NCBI GenBank assembly: GCA_963678065.2
Contig: CAXXVZ010000005.1
Coordinates: 576,001 to 640,000, forward strand
Reading direction: 5' to 3'
Length of the DNA stretch: 64,000 nucleotides
From: Treponemataceae bacterium
GTDB taxonomy: Bacteria; Spirochaetota; Spirochaetia; Treponematales; Rectinemataceae
Shown here: positions 47,439 to 56,582 of the stretch, in pieces
Position numbering within the stretch: position 1 is the first letter of the stretch
Layout: every line of letters begins with the position of its first letter
The notes under the pieces: generated by a model
What the model was told of the DNA's origin: nothing
The model's input: the letters and a program-made list of their open reading frames with translations, nothing else
Databases searched by the model: none
Made by a program: the position numbers and the translations under genes

Positions 47439-48464
47439 TCATCGCCGATGCCGGGCGGGGCCGGTCGAAGCACGGACGATCAATGACGGCTGGTGCAGAA
47501 GATATCCATAATGGTTCCCGGTCATGGCTTCGCCGAGAAGCTCGAAAGCGGTGCGGCCGATGGTGAAATAATCGGCCCCGATCGTCGTGAGCGGGGGCGT
47601 CACCACGGAGGATAGGTAGATGTTGTCGATTCCGATGACGGAGACATCTCCGGGAACGGCAATGTCTGCCGCGCCGAAGGCTTCGAGGGCTCCGAAGGCC
47701 ATGAGGTCGTTGGTGCAGATGACGGCGGTAAAATCCATGCCGGACTCGAGAAGCCTTCGGGCCATCGCTTTGCCGTCGGCGATGCCGGTGGACAGGGATT
47801 CCGCAGGGGCGAGGACCGAGCACTCATCGAGTCCCAGATTCCGGGCGGCGCTCCTGAATCCTTCTATGCGCCTGTCGTAGATCTCCTTTTCGGCAAGCCC
47901 GCTGAGATACACGATCTTCCTGTGACCGAGCGCCGCCAGGTGCCCGAGGGCCTGCGCCATTCCGGAGGGATAGTCGATCTCGAAACAGGCCGCCTTGTCG
48001 GTCTGTATTCCGTGATTTCCGAACAGGACGATTTTCGTGCCGGACTCGAGGAGCGCGAGGAGTTTCTCGATGTGGAAGCGGTAGGGCAAAACTTCGATCA
48101 GGATTCCGTCGATGCAATGCGTGAGGACGCTTTCGAAATACTTGTCGGCGTGATCCCGTCCGTTGCAGATGTTGACGAGATATCCCTTCATGATCGCGGC
48201 GCTCTCGAATCCCGCGATCATGGGCGAGTAGACGGGATTGGAAATGTCGTTGAGTATCATGGAAAGCTGCATGCTCTGGCGGGTCGAGAGGCTCCGCGCG
48301 ATCTGGCTGGGATGATATCCGAGTTCCAGCGCGGCCGCCCGCACCTGATCGCGTGTCTGTCCGCTGATTTTGGGGCTATCGCTGAAGGCGTAGGAGACTG
48401 TCGCGACCGAAACTCCGGCTTTTTTCGCGACATCGGTCCGCGTCGGGCGCTTCATCGGCTGCAT
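47439..48464 (-). CDS. LacI family transcriptional regulator
   Basis: PTRTDVAKKAGVSVATVS, LGYHP..IARSL, TAVICTND.MA.GA, VPGDVSVIGID, PPLTTI, LIVRAST. Confidence 0.93.
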   Translation of the reverse strand: MQPMKRPTRTDVAKKAGVSVATVSYAFSDSPKISGQTRDQVRAAALELGYHPSQIARSLSTRQSMQLSMILNDISNPVYSPMIAGFESAAIMKGYLVNICNGRDHADKYFESVLTHCIDGILIEVLPYRFHIEKLLALLESGTKIVLFGNHGIQTDKAACFEIDYPSGMAQALGHLAALGHRKIVYLSGLAEKEIYDRRIEGFRSAARNLGLDECSVLAPAESLSTGIADGKAMARRLLESGMDFTAVICTNDLMAFGALEAFGAADIAVPGDVSVIGIDNIYLSSVVTPPLTTIGADYFTIGRTAFELLGEAMTGNHYGYLLHQPSLIVRASTGPARHRR

Positions 48465-48506
48465 TCTCCTCAATTTGGCGTCGAAAACGCCCACGGCCCT
48501 TCAACG

Positions 48507-50513
48507 TCACAGTAACCATGCATAGGGATCGAAACCAGGTTTCAGCTCGAGGAGCGTAGAATCTTTTATGTGAAAAAGCAATGAACCCGCGCGGTCGAAG
48601 CTGAGTTTTCGTCTGAACGAAGTCCCTCCGAGATTGATCTTGCACTCCATCTCCATGGCGACGGCTTCTTCCGCATAAGCCCAGCGCAGGGGATAACCGA
48701 CTCCGCGGGACGCGGGATGCGCGATGAAGAGGATGAACTCGTCCCCGTCCCTGCGCACCCAGAAGGGCGGAAGGCCCACCTTCGGCTTTCCGGGTTCGTC
48801 CGGAGAGGAGAGGATCGGAGCAAGGCCGCGCAGCCCGCCGAGAGAATTGCAGCATCCCGGGGAGGCGCCGAGCCGCGCGACAAGCTCCGCGAACTGCGGG
48901 TCCCGCTTCGTCCCCGGCTCGCGGGCTTCCCTTTTCAGGACGACGTGGACTCCCGCTTCGGCCAGCCTGAGGATATCGCGCAGGGTGTCTGAGTCGATGT
49001 ACTCCGAATCGACGTGGAGGGCTTCGAACTCGGCCCCGCCCACGCAAAATCCCGTTCCGCGGGGTTCTGCCCGCGCCAGGAAGGTCGAGTTGATCCAGAC
49101 CGCTCCGTAGGCGAGCGCTTCCACGGGCCGCGTCAGGTGCTGCATTTCCCAATAATGCTGCGCGCTCGGCTTTCTCCGTTCCGGCGGCAGCTCACCCGCC
49201 ATGAGGGAATCGGCGAAGGGATAGAGGCAGGCCACGCGGGCGTAGGTCCTTCCGCGTTTCAATTCGGCCGAGAGCGTCCCGAGGTAGCGGTTGAAATCCG
49301 CGAGCCCCGGTTCGAAGCGGGAATCCGGACCGACATGGACACCGGCATAGAAGTGATTGACCTCTCCTTGTATCTGGAAGGGCATGCCGTGCCAGACGAA
49401 GTGGTTTATTCCGCCTGCGAGCATGGCGTCGGCGGTGATTTTGAGATCGTCGAGGCGCTCTTCTCCCTCCCGGGGAGCGGGACCGGGGTAGGGATTCCAC
49501 CCGTAGAGGCAGGTGAAGGCCTCCGAACTGACGACCCTTTTCCCCGAAAGAAGGGCCGAGGAAGCGGCTATGGACCCGAATTCGGGATCGAAGAGGACGG
49601 CCTCGCTTTCCGGAACGTCGACCAAGGCGTAGGCATCCAGAAGATCGGCGGGCGCGCCGTGGCACTGGACGCGGGAAGCGGCTCCGAGTTTGTGGCACTC
49701 CTCGGTGAAGGGTCCGTAGAACTCGCGAAGGACATACTCGGACAGGAGCGCGCGGTAGTCGTAGCGGAGGTCGACATTGAGGTCGAGCCTGTCCATGAAA
49801 GGGAGGATATCGTAGCCGTAGCGGCGCCGGAAGGATTCTCCGAAGCCATCGGTCCAGAGCCCTTCCGTGTCGACTTCCCAGGAGTCGCAGAAAATGCACC
49901 CTGCGCCTGCGCCGGGGCCGCTCCCCTCCCCCGCGCATTCGGCCGCTGCAGGCCCGGCCGCCGCGGAGGCAGGTTCGAGGTCAGCGCGAACGGGTTCGTG
50001 CGCGGCAAAGGCGGGTTCGTGCGCCGGGACAAGGGCGGGGGCGAGGGCCCGCCCCATGATCCGGGCATAGGCGGCGAGGCTCTCGCGGGAGAGGTGATCG
50101 ATGATCCGGCCCGGCTTTCTCCCTTGGGCGAGTTCCCATGAGCGGCCCAGGCGCTGGGTCGAATAACCTTTCCAGGTCTTGGAAGAGTCCTTCTCCGCCA
50201 CGAAGGAACCGCCGAAGGGCCAGAGCGTGCCGAAGGTGAAGTCGCAGCCGATTCCGGCCATGTCGCAGGCGCGGCGGGCCCGGACGCAGAGTTCCGTCCA
50301 TTCCGGCGACAGAAAGGCGGGACCGGCCGGTTTTCCGGGGAAAGGGTAGACCCAGGCTATCTCGACGCCACCGAATCCTTCGGAGGCCGCCCAGCGGATC
50401 TGGCGATCTATGTCTTCCGGGTCGATCCGCATCGAGAACCACCACCAGCGGACATAAGGCCTCGGATCATGCTCCAGCTTGCTTGTAATTCCGAGAGGGT
50501 TTGGGGTCTCCAT
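48507..50513 (-). CDS. Glycoside hydrolase, GH106 (alpha-L-rhamnosidase)-like
   Basis: RPYVRWWW, GFGGVEIA, FLSPEW, GTLWPFGG, FCDSWE, QCHG, DVPESE, SSEAFT, GINHFVWHG. Confidence 0.78.
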   Translation of the reverse strand: METPNPLGITSKLEHDPRPYVRWWWFSMRIDPEDIDRQIRWAASEGFGGVEIAWVYPFPGKPAGPAFLSPEWTELCVRARRACDMAGIGCDFTFGTLWPFGGSFVAEKDSSKTWKGYSTQRLGRSWELAQGRKPGRIIDHLSRESLAAYARIMGRALAPALVPAHEPAFAAHEPVRADLEPASAAAGPAAAECAGEGSGPGAGAGCIFCDSWEVDTEGLWTDGFGESFRRRYGYDILPFMDRLDLNVDLRYDYRALLSEYVLREFYGPFTEECHKLGAASRVQCHGAPADLLDAYALVDVPESEAVLFDPEFGSIAASSALLSGKRVVSSEAFTCLYGWNPYPGPAPREGEERLDDLKITADAMLAGGINHFVWHGMPFQIQGEVNHFYAGVHVGPDSRFEPGLADFNRYLGTLSAELKRGRTYARVACLYPFADSLMAGELPPERRKPSAQHYWEMQHLTRPVEALAYGAVWINSTFLARAEPRGTGFCVGGAEFEALHVDSEYIDSDTLRDILRLAEAGVHVVLKREAREPGTKRDPQFAELVARLGASPGCCNSLGGLRGLAPILSSPDEPGKPKVGLPPFWVRRDGDEFILFIAHPASRGVGYPLRWAYAEEAVAMEMECKINLGGTSFRRKLSFDRAGSLLFHIKDSTLLELKPGFDPYAWLL

Positions 50514-50514
50514 C

Positions 50515-51414
50515 TTATTTGCCTTTCAATGTCGGGTCGAACGCGTCGCGAAGGCCATCGCCGAAAATGGAAGTCGCGAGGACGGTGAGAGCGAGGAAGA
50601 GCGTCGGAAATACCGGAAGATGCCAATAGTAGAAAATGTAGTACAGCCCGTCGGAGATCATCTGCCCCCAGGAGGGTATGGGCGGATTGATGCCGACACC
50701 GAGGAAGGAGAGCGAGGCTTCCAGCATCATCGCCTGCGGTATCGCGAGGACAAAGCCGACGATGATGGGAGAGATGCTGTTGGGAACGAGGTGATGGACA
50801 ATGATGTGGCGCGACCCCGCGCCCATTGCCCGGGCGGCCTGGACGAACTCCCTGTTCCGCACGCCGAGAACCTGGCCCCGGACAAGCCGCGCGACGCCGA
50901 CCCATCCGAAGGCGGACGAGATGACGATGATGTTGACGATCCCTCCTCCGAGGAGGCTCGCCGCGAGGATGGCGACGAGCAGCGGAGGAATCACGGAGAA
51001 CAGTTCGACGAGCCGGAGGATGAACCAGTCGGCGACGCCTCCGTAATACCCCGCGATGGCGCCGAGGGGCACGCCGACAAGGATGCTGATGAGGGCCGAG
51101 ACGAGGCCGATTCCGAGCGAGACGCGGGCTCCGTAGATGATCCTGGAGAAAAGGTCGCGGCCCACATTGTCGACGCCGAACCAGTGGGCGGCCGAAGGCA
51201 GGGCGAGACTTTCCGTGAGGTACTCCTGCGCGTCGTAGCGGGCCGGAGTGATGAGGGGCGCGCCGATGGCCGCCAGAATGAGAACGAGGAGGAGAATTCC
51301 GGACAGGACCGAGGCTTTGTTGTCGAGGAATCTTCTCCAGGAATAATACAGGGGATTGCGGACCTTTGCGGCCCGCGGGCGGGATGAAACCGCCGCGCCT
51401 GCGTTCGTGTCCAT
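50515..51414 (-). CDS. oppC: Opp/Dpp-family ABC permease C
   Basis: HWFGVD..GRDLFSRIIYGARVSL, EFVQAARAMGA, EASLSFLG, GDGLRDAFDP. Confidence 0.9.
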   Translation of the reverse strand: MDTNAGAAVSSRPRAAKVRNPLYYSWRRFLDNKASVLSGILLLVLILAAIGAPLITPARYDAQEYLTESLALPSAAHWFGVDNVGRDLFSRIIYGARVSLGIGLVSALISILVGVPLGAIAGYYGGVADWFILRLVELFSVIPPLLVAILAASLLGGGIVNIIVISSAFGWVGVARLVRGQVLGVRNREFVQAARAMGAGSRHIIVHHLVPNSISPIIVGFVLAIPQAMMLEASLSFLGVGINPPIPSWGQMISDGLYYIFYYWHLPVFPTLFLALTVLATSIFGDGLRDAFDPTLKGK

Positions 51415-51415
51415 C

Positions 51416-52345
51416 TTATTCGATCCCCTTTATGCGCGAGCGCGGATTGAGGTAGTGGTAGGCGAGGTCCGTGATGATGTAGGCGACGCCGACCATGATG
51501 GTCAACAGAAGGATGAGGGCCATCTCGAGGGGATAGTCGCGTTTCTGGATGCTCGTGACGAAATAGCTTCCGAGCCCCGGCACGCGGAACATCTGTTCGA
51601 CGAAAATGGAACCCGTCGTTATGCCGATGAAGATAGGAAAAAAAATCGTGATCATCGGAATCGCGGCGTTCCTGAGGACATGCTTGAACAGGATGATCCT
51701 GAAGGGAAGCCCCTTCGCGAGAAGTACCGTCACGAATGGCTTGTTGAGCGCGTCGAGAACGGCGGAGCGGGTGTAGCGCGCGAAGATCGCGACGGGCCCG
51801 AGCGCGTAGGAAGCCACCGGCAGTATCCATTTTATCGGACTTCCCCAGCCGCTCGTGGGAAGCCATTTGAGCCACACGCCGAAGATGAGCATGAGCCCGA
51901 GACTGATGACATAGACGGGAATCGTGATGCCGATCGTCGAAATTCCCGAGGCTATGTAATCGATGGGCCTGTTGCGCCTGAGCGCAGCCGCCATGCCGAG
52001 GAGGATTCCAAGGGGCGTGCCGATCAGCATGCCCAAGCCTCCGAGCACGAAACTCGGCGGCCAGGCCCGGCCGAGCAGCTGCACCACGGTCTCGCCGGGA
52101 CTCTGGAAGGGAACGCCGAAATCGAAGCGCAGAACACTCTTCATGTAGCGGACATATTGCAGCGGGACGGGGCCGTCGAGCCCGTACTGTTTCATCAGCT
52201 TCGCCTTCGTCTCCTGCGAAAGCGGCATTTTGTCCTCGTCGAAGGGGCCGCCGGGGATGCTGCGCATGAGGGCGAAAATGACAATCGACACGACAATGAA
52301 TGTCACGATGAGGGAAGCCACCCTTTTAAGGATATAGTTCAGCAT
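51416..52345 (-). CDS. oppB: Opp/Dpp-family ABC permease B
   Basis: IPGGPF, YGLD.P, ARYTRS, AKGL...I..KHVLRNA, RDYP. Confidence 0.9.
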   Translation of the reverse strand: MLNYILKRVASLIVTFIVVSIVIFALMRSIPGGPFDEDKMPLSQETKAKLMKQYGLDGPVPLQYVRYMKSVLRFDFGVPFQSPGETVVQLLGRAWPPSFVLGGLGMLIGTPLGILLGMAAALRRNRPIDYIASGISTIGITIPVYVISLGLMLIFGVWLKWLPTSGWGSPIKWILPVASYALGPVAIFARYTRSAVLDALNKPFVTVLLAKGLPFRIILFKHVLRNAAIPMITIFFPIFIGITTGSIFVEQMFRVPGLGSYFVTSIQKRDYPLEMALILLLTIMVGVAYIITDLAYHYLNPRSRIKGIE

Positions 52346-53328
52346 CTCGACTCCTCCCCTGACCCGGGATACAGGCAGGCCGCGAAGTGTCCTCTCTCCA
52401 CTTCCACGCGCGCAGGTATAGCCTCGTCGCAGCCGCGGCCCCTGTGCGCGCAGCGCGGAAAGAAGGGGCATGCCTCGGCCTGCGCGTCCTTGAGGGATGC
52501 CTCCCCCCTGATGCGGCCGCGGGGCCGGCAGCGCGAAGGATCGGGAATGGGCACCGCGTCGAGCAGCGCGCGGGTGTAGGGGTGAGCCGGCCTTTTGAAG
52601 ACCGCCGCCGCGGGGCCGGATTCCATGACCCGTCCCAGGTACATCACCAGGATCGAGTCGCAGACATGCCTGACGACGCTGAGGTCGTGCGAAATGAAGA
52701 TCATGGAGAGCCCGCGCTGTTCCCGTATGTCGCGCAGGAGATTGATGATCTGCGCCTTGACCGAAACATCGAGGGCGCTCGTCGGCTCATCTGCGATGAG
52801 GATCTCGGGATCGAGGGCGAGGGACCGCGCGATCGCGACGCGCTGCCGCTGCCCGCCTGAAAGTTCATGCGGATAGCGCCGGACATAATCGCCCGAAAGC
52901 CCCACTGAATCCAGCAGTTTGGCCGACTCGGTCCGCTGTACATCCCTTCCGTGGATGCCGTGGATTTTCCAGGGCTCCGCGACGGCCTCCCCGAGCGTCA
53001 TCATCGGATCGAGGGAAGCGTAGGGATCCTGGAAGATCATCTGGATCTTCTTTCGGACCAGGGACAGATCCTTTCCGGAAAGGCCGGCCAGATCATTGCC
53101 CCGGTACGCGATCGTTCCGGATGTCGGTTCGAGAAGCCGCACGAGCATCGCGCCCGTCGTGGATTTCCCGCAGCCCGATTCGCCGACGATGCCGAGGGTT
53201 TCATTTTCTCCGAGATCGAAGGAAACGTCCCGCACCGCGTCGACTGTGCGCACCGCGGGTTTCCAGAACGGTCCCGAACGCGACACGAACCGCCGCGAGA
53301 GATTGCGCGCAAAGAGTATGGTCTTCAT
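52339..53328 (-). CDS. oppF: Opp/Dpp-family ABC ATP-binding protein F
   Basis: GESGCGKST, QMIFQDPYASL, YPHELSGGQRQR, HPYT.ALL, C.F.PRC. Confidence 0.92.
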   Translation of the reverse strand: MKTILFARNLSRRFVSRSGPFWKPAVRTVDAVRDVSFDLGENETLGIVGESGCGKSTTGAMLVRLLEPTSGTIAYRGNDLAGLSGKDLSLVRKKIQMIFQDPYASLDPMMTLGEAVAEPWKIHGIHGRDVQRTESAKLLDSVGLSGDYVRRYPHELSGGQRQRVAIARSLALDPEILIADEPTSALDVSVKAQIINLLRDIREQRGLSMIFISHDLSVVRHVCDSILVMYLGRVMESGPAAAVFKRPAHPYTRALLDAVPIPDPSRCRPRGRIRGEASLKDAQAEACPFFPRCAHRGRGCDEAIPARVEVERGHFAACLYPGSGEESRC

Positions 53329-54293
53329 GCGAGCCTCCAGCAGCGCGCACTCCGGTCGGAGCCGATGGGCCGTTCTGCCGGCAATTCCGCCGCACAGCGG
53401 GAGTCCGCGAGCGGACAGCGGGGGTGGAATGGACATCCCGATGGCGGGTCCGAGGCGCTCGGAGAACCTCCCGGTATGCTGTAGAGGCGTTGGGAGGGAT
53501 CGGCGTCCGCGCGGGGAATGCTCGCGAGAAGGGCCTTCGTATAGGGATGGACCGGGTCGGCGAAAAGCTCGCGCACGCCGGAGTTTTCCATGACGAGGCC
53601 GCCGTACATGACGACGACGCGGTCGGTCGTCTCGGCTATTACGCCCATATCGTGCGTTATCATGACGAGGGCCGTTCCGCTGTCCTTCTGGAGGTCCTTG
53701 ATGAGGCCGAGGACCTGGGACTGGATGGTGACGTCGAGCGCCGTCGTCGGTTCGTCCGCTATGAGTATGCGCGGATTGCAGGAGATGGCCATGGCTATCA
53801 TCACGCGCTGGCGCATGCCTCCGGAAAGCTGGTGGGGATAGCACGCGAGGACGGAATGGGGATCCGGGATTTCGACCCGCGAAAGGAGTTCGGCGGACCT
53901 GAGCATGGCCGCCTTCTTCTGCATCCCGAGCTTGGCGACGAGAGTCTCGGCCAACTGGTTGCCGACCGTGAAGACGGGATCGAGACTCGTCATCGGTTCC
54001 TGGAAGATCATCGCCATGCCCGTGCCGCGCTGAGACTGGAGTTCCCTGCGCGAAAGCCGTGCAAGATCCCTGCCCGCGAATTCGAGTTTCCGGGCTTCGA
54101 TGCGTGCGAAAGGCGTTGGGAGCAAGCCCATGAGAGCCTGGGAAGTCACGCTTTTGCCGGAGCCGGATTCGCCGACAATGCCGAGGCTCATGCCCTCGTC
54201 GAGATGGAATCCAACTCCCCGCACCGCGTACGCGTCGCCATCCTTGCCGCGGAACGTCACCCGCAGATCGTCAACTTCGAGAAGTCGGGCCAT
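53325..54293 (-). CDS. oppD: Opp/Dpp-family ABC ATP-binding protein D
   Basis: GESGSGKSVT, MIFQEPMTSL, LSGGMRQRVMIAMA, ADEPTTALDVTIQ, GCPFHPRC. Confidence 0.92.
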   Translation of the reverse strand: MARLLEVDDLRVTFRGKDGDAYAVRGVGFHLDEGMSLGIVGESGSGKSVTSQALMGLLPTPFARIEARKLEFAGRDLARLSRRELQSQRGTGMAMIFQEPMTSLDPVFTVGNQLAETLVAKLGMQKKAAMLRSAELLSRVEIPDPHSVLACYPHQLSGGMRQRVMIAMAISCNPRILIADEPTTALDVTIQSQVLGLIKDLQKDSGTALVMITHDMGVIAETTDRVVVMYGGLVMENSGVRELFADPVHPYTKALLASIPRADADPSQRLYSIPGGSPSASDPPSGCPFHPRCPLADSRCAAELPAERPIGSDRSARCWRLA

Positions 54294-54320
54294 GGAACCT
54301 CCACATCATTTCCCGGAAAG

Positions 54321-54351
54321 GCGGGCTGCCCGCGCGTGGCGGACAGCCCGC
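54321..54351 (-). terminator. GC-rich hairpin after oppA
   Basis: GCGGGCTG / CAGCCCGC arms. Confidence 0.5.
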
Positions 54352-54366
54352 GAAAGAGAGCGGTTT

Positions 54367-55965
54367 TTACTTGATTTCGATGCTGCAGTAGGTGTAGGGC
54401 GTCATGACGGGGGTGAATCCGTACTTGTTCGGTTCGGCACCCTCTCCCTTCAGGCGCGGACTGAAGAGGTTGTTTTCCTTGGCATGGACGAGGTAGGTCG
54501 CCGCGGCTTCGTCGACGATGATCTGCTCGGCCTGGCGGTACAGGGGAGCGCGCTTGGACCATTCATTCGTCGCGTCGGCTTTCTTTACAAGTTCGTCGTA
54601 CTTCGCGTTGACCCAGCTGTGCCTTCCTCCGGAGAGGAACATGTCGTAGAAATTGGAGGCGTCGATATAGTCGTAAAGGTAGGGGGCGATGAAGAGCTTG
54701 CCTTCGCGCTTCGTGAGCGCGTCCATCCAGGACTTGAGCTCGAGGCCCTTCACGGCGACATCGATTCCGAGAACGGACTTGAGCTGGGCCTGGATAAACT
54801 CCGCCATCGGCTTGACGATGGGCGCGTGGTATCCGCCCTCGATCCTCCAGAGAAGCTCGACCTTGGGGAAGCCCTTGCCGCCCGGATACCCCGCCTTGGC
54901 GAGGTAGTCGCGCGCTTTCGCTGCGTCGAATCCTGTCTGTGCCTTGATCTCTGGATTGAAGCCTGAGAAGCCGGGGGTTGTGAGCGTATACGCCGGGGCC
55001 GCCACATCCTTCAGGATCGTCGAGGTGAGCTTCTCGCGGTCGAAGGCATACATGAAAGCCTTGCGGACATTGACATCGTTGAAAGGCGCGGTCGTGAAGT
55101 CGAAGGTGAGGTAGTAGATCTGGAATAGAGCGTTGGATTTGACATCGTTCGGGAATTTCTTCCGCGCATAGGCCATCTGGCCGACATTGAGAGGGGTGAT
55201 GTCGATGTCGCCGGCGAGGTAGGCAGGGAAGCCGACTTCGGGGTTGGCGAGCTGGGGATAGAACATGATCTTGTCGATCTTGCCCGGCCAGGGAGCCTTG
55301 TAGTTCGGATTTTTCACGAGCTCGATGCTCTCGTTGAGGGTCCACTTGGAGAGCTTGTACGGCCCTGAGGAAAGCATCGTTTCGGCCTTGGTCGCGTATT
55401 CGTCGCCGTACTTTTCGACCGCGCTCTTGGGAACCGCCCACCAATAGGCGCAGATATCGGGGAAATAGGGCTTCGGGGAATCGGTCGTCACCTGGATGGT
55501 CCGGGCGTCCAGGGCCTTCACCCCGAGACTCTCCAGGCCGAGTTCGCCTTTTTCTACCTTGGTCCAGTTTTTCACGCCGCCGGCCCAGCTCCAGAACCAG
55601 GAAAAGTCATATCCGCTTTTTACGGCACGCTGGAGTCCGAAGACGAAATCGTCGGCCGTGAGCGGCTTGCCGTCCGACCAGAGGAGGCCGGGCCTGAGCT
55701 TTATCGTCCACACGAGGCCATCGTCCGACACCGACCAGCTTTCCGCCGCGATGGGATGCAGCTCGAAGTTCTTGTCGTAGGCGGAGATGGGGATCTGGAT
55801 GAGATCCGGCTGTCCCGCCCTGTTGTAAATCGTCTTCATCATGTCCATGTAGGTACCGCCGAACCCGACCGCCGCGTTGAGCACGGATTCCTTCGGTCCC
55901 GCGGCGAACGCGAGCGTCGCAACCAAAAGCAGCGCAAGGACCATGAAAAGCTTTCTCATTGTCAT
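54367..55965 (-). CDS. oppA: Opp/Dpp-family (SBP family 5) substrate-binding protein, probably for oligosaccharides
   Basis: Signal peptide; AESWSVSDDG..WT.KLR..L.WSDG.PLTADDF, SSGPYKL, NPNY, PFND..VRKA; co-transcribed with GH106. Confidence 0.9.
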   Translation of the reverse strand: MTMRKLFMVLALLLVATLAFAAGPKESVLNAAVGFGGTYMDMMKTIYNRAGQPDLIQIPISAYDKNFELHPIAAESWSVSDDGLVWTIKLRPGLLWSDGKPLTADDFVFGLQRAVKSGYDFSWFWSWAGGVKNWTKVEKGELGLESLGVKALDARTIQVTTDSPKPYFPDICAYWWAVPKSAVEKYGDEYATKAETMLSSGPYKLSKWTLNESIELVKNPNYKAPWPGKIDKIMFYPQLANPEVGFPAYLAGDIDITPLNVGQMAYARKKFPNDVKSNALFQIYYLTFDFTTAPFNDVNVRKAFMYAFDREKLTSTILKDVAAPAYTLTTPGFSGFNPEIKAQTGFDAAKARDYLAKAGYPGGKGFPKVELLWRIEGGYHAPIVKPMAEFIQAQLKSVLGIDVAVKGLELKSWMDALTKREGKLFIAPYLYDYIDASNFYDMFLSGGRHSWVNAKYDELVKKADATNEWSKRAPLYRQAEQIIVDEAAATYLVHAKENNLFSPRLKGEGAEPNKYGFTPVMTPYTYCSIEIK

Positions 55966-55997
55966 CCTCCTTTCCGTACATGGGCATCATACGATGC

Positions 55998-56025
55998 CGG
56001 CGAGGTTACCCGGGTAACCTCGCCG
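55998..56025. promoter_or_regulatory. Perfect 28-bp palindrome CGGCGAGGTTACCCGGGTAACCTCGCCG, candidate LacI operator
   Basis: Loop-less palindrome just downstream of minus-strand promoter TTGACA(56061-56056)-18-TACAAT(56037-56032); the operon ends in a LacI gene. Confidence 0.65.
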
Positions 56026-56219
56026 TTTTTCATTGTAAATGCGCTTTATGGAATCTGTCAAATTCTTTTTCGAGAGTCTTGGGCGAAAGCCGTCGCCGAG
56101 CACCGCACTTCAGGCGTCAAGACTGAAGGTAAAGCTCGCCTACCCTCCGGTGCGACGACACGACGGCGCGGACAAAATCCTCGCCCGGAACCCTCCCCGC
56201 GACGGGCCGCTCAAAAATG

Positions 56220-56537
56220 TCATTCCAGGTAAAACACTTCCTTGAGGGGGATACTCAGGGGCGAGGAGTCGGGATTGGTCTCCATAATGTCGGCCATATA
56301 GGACCACCAGCGCTGCACGATTTCCGTTGCGCCGAGGTCCTGGGATCCGCCCTCGCCGGATATTTTCTGACAGGCGAAGAGGGTGTCCGTCTCCTCATCC
56401 AGGAAGATCGAGTAATCCGACACGCCGCTTTCGCGGATGAGGGCAGCGAGCTCGGGCCAGATTTCATCGTGGCGCTTCTTGTATTCGGCCATGCAGCCGG
56501 GCTTGAGCATCATTTTGAAGGCGAATCGTTTCAGCAT
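56220..56537 (-). CDS. rhaM: L-rhamnose mutarotase
   Basis: AFKMMLKPG..EYKKRHDEIWPEL, DYSIFLD, RWW.YMADIMETNPD.SP, EVFYL. Confidence 0.92.
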   Translation of the reverse strand: MLKRFAFKMMLKPGCMAEYKKRHDEIWPELAALIRESGVSDYSIFLDEETDTLFACQKISGEGGSQDLGATEIVQRWWSYMADIMETNPDSSPLSIPLKEVFYLE

Positions 56538-56582
56538 CCATATTCTCCTTTTGTCGGGGCCTGTTCACATGCGGATGAACCC

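Noticed and set aside
56168..56196. ykkC-like words (GGACAAAA on +, AGGGTTCC on -) in the rhaM-oppA spacer
   Set aside because: They are on opposite strands and the other conserved blocks are absent; coincidental
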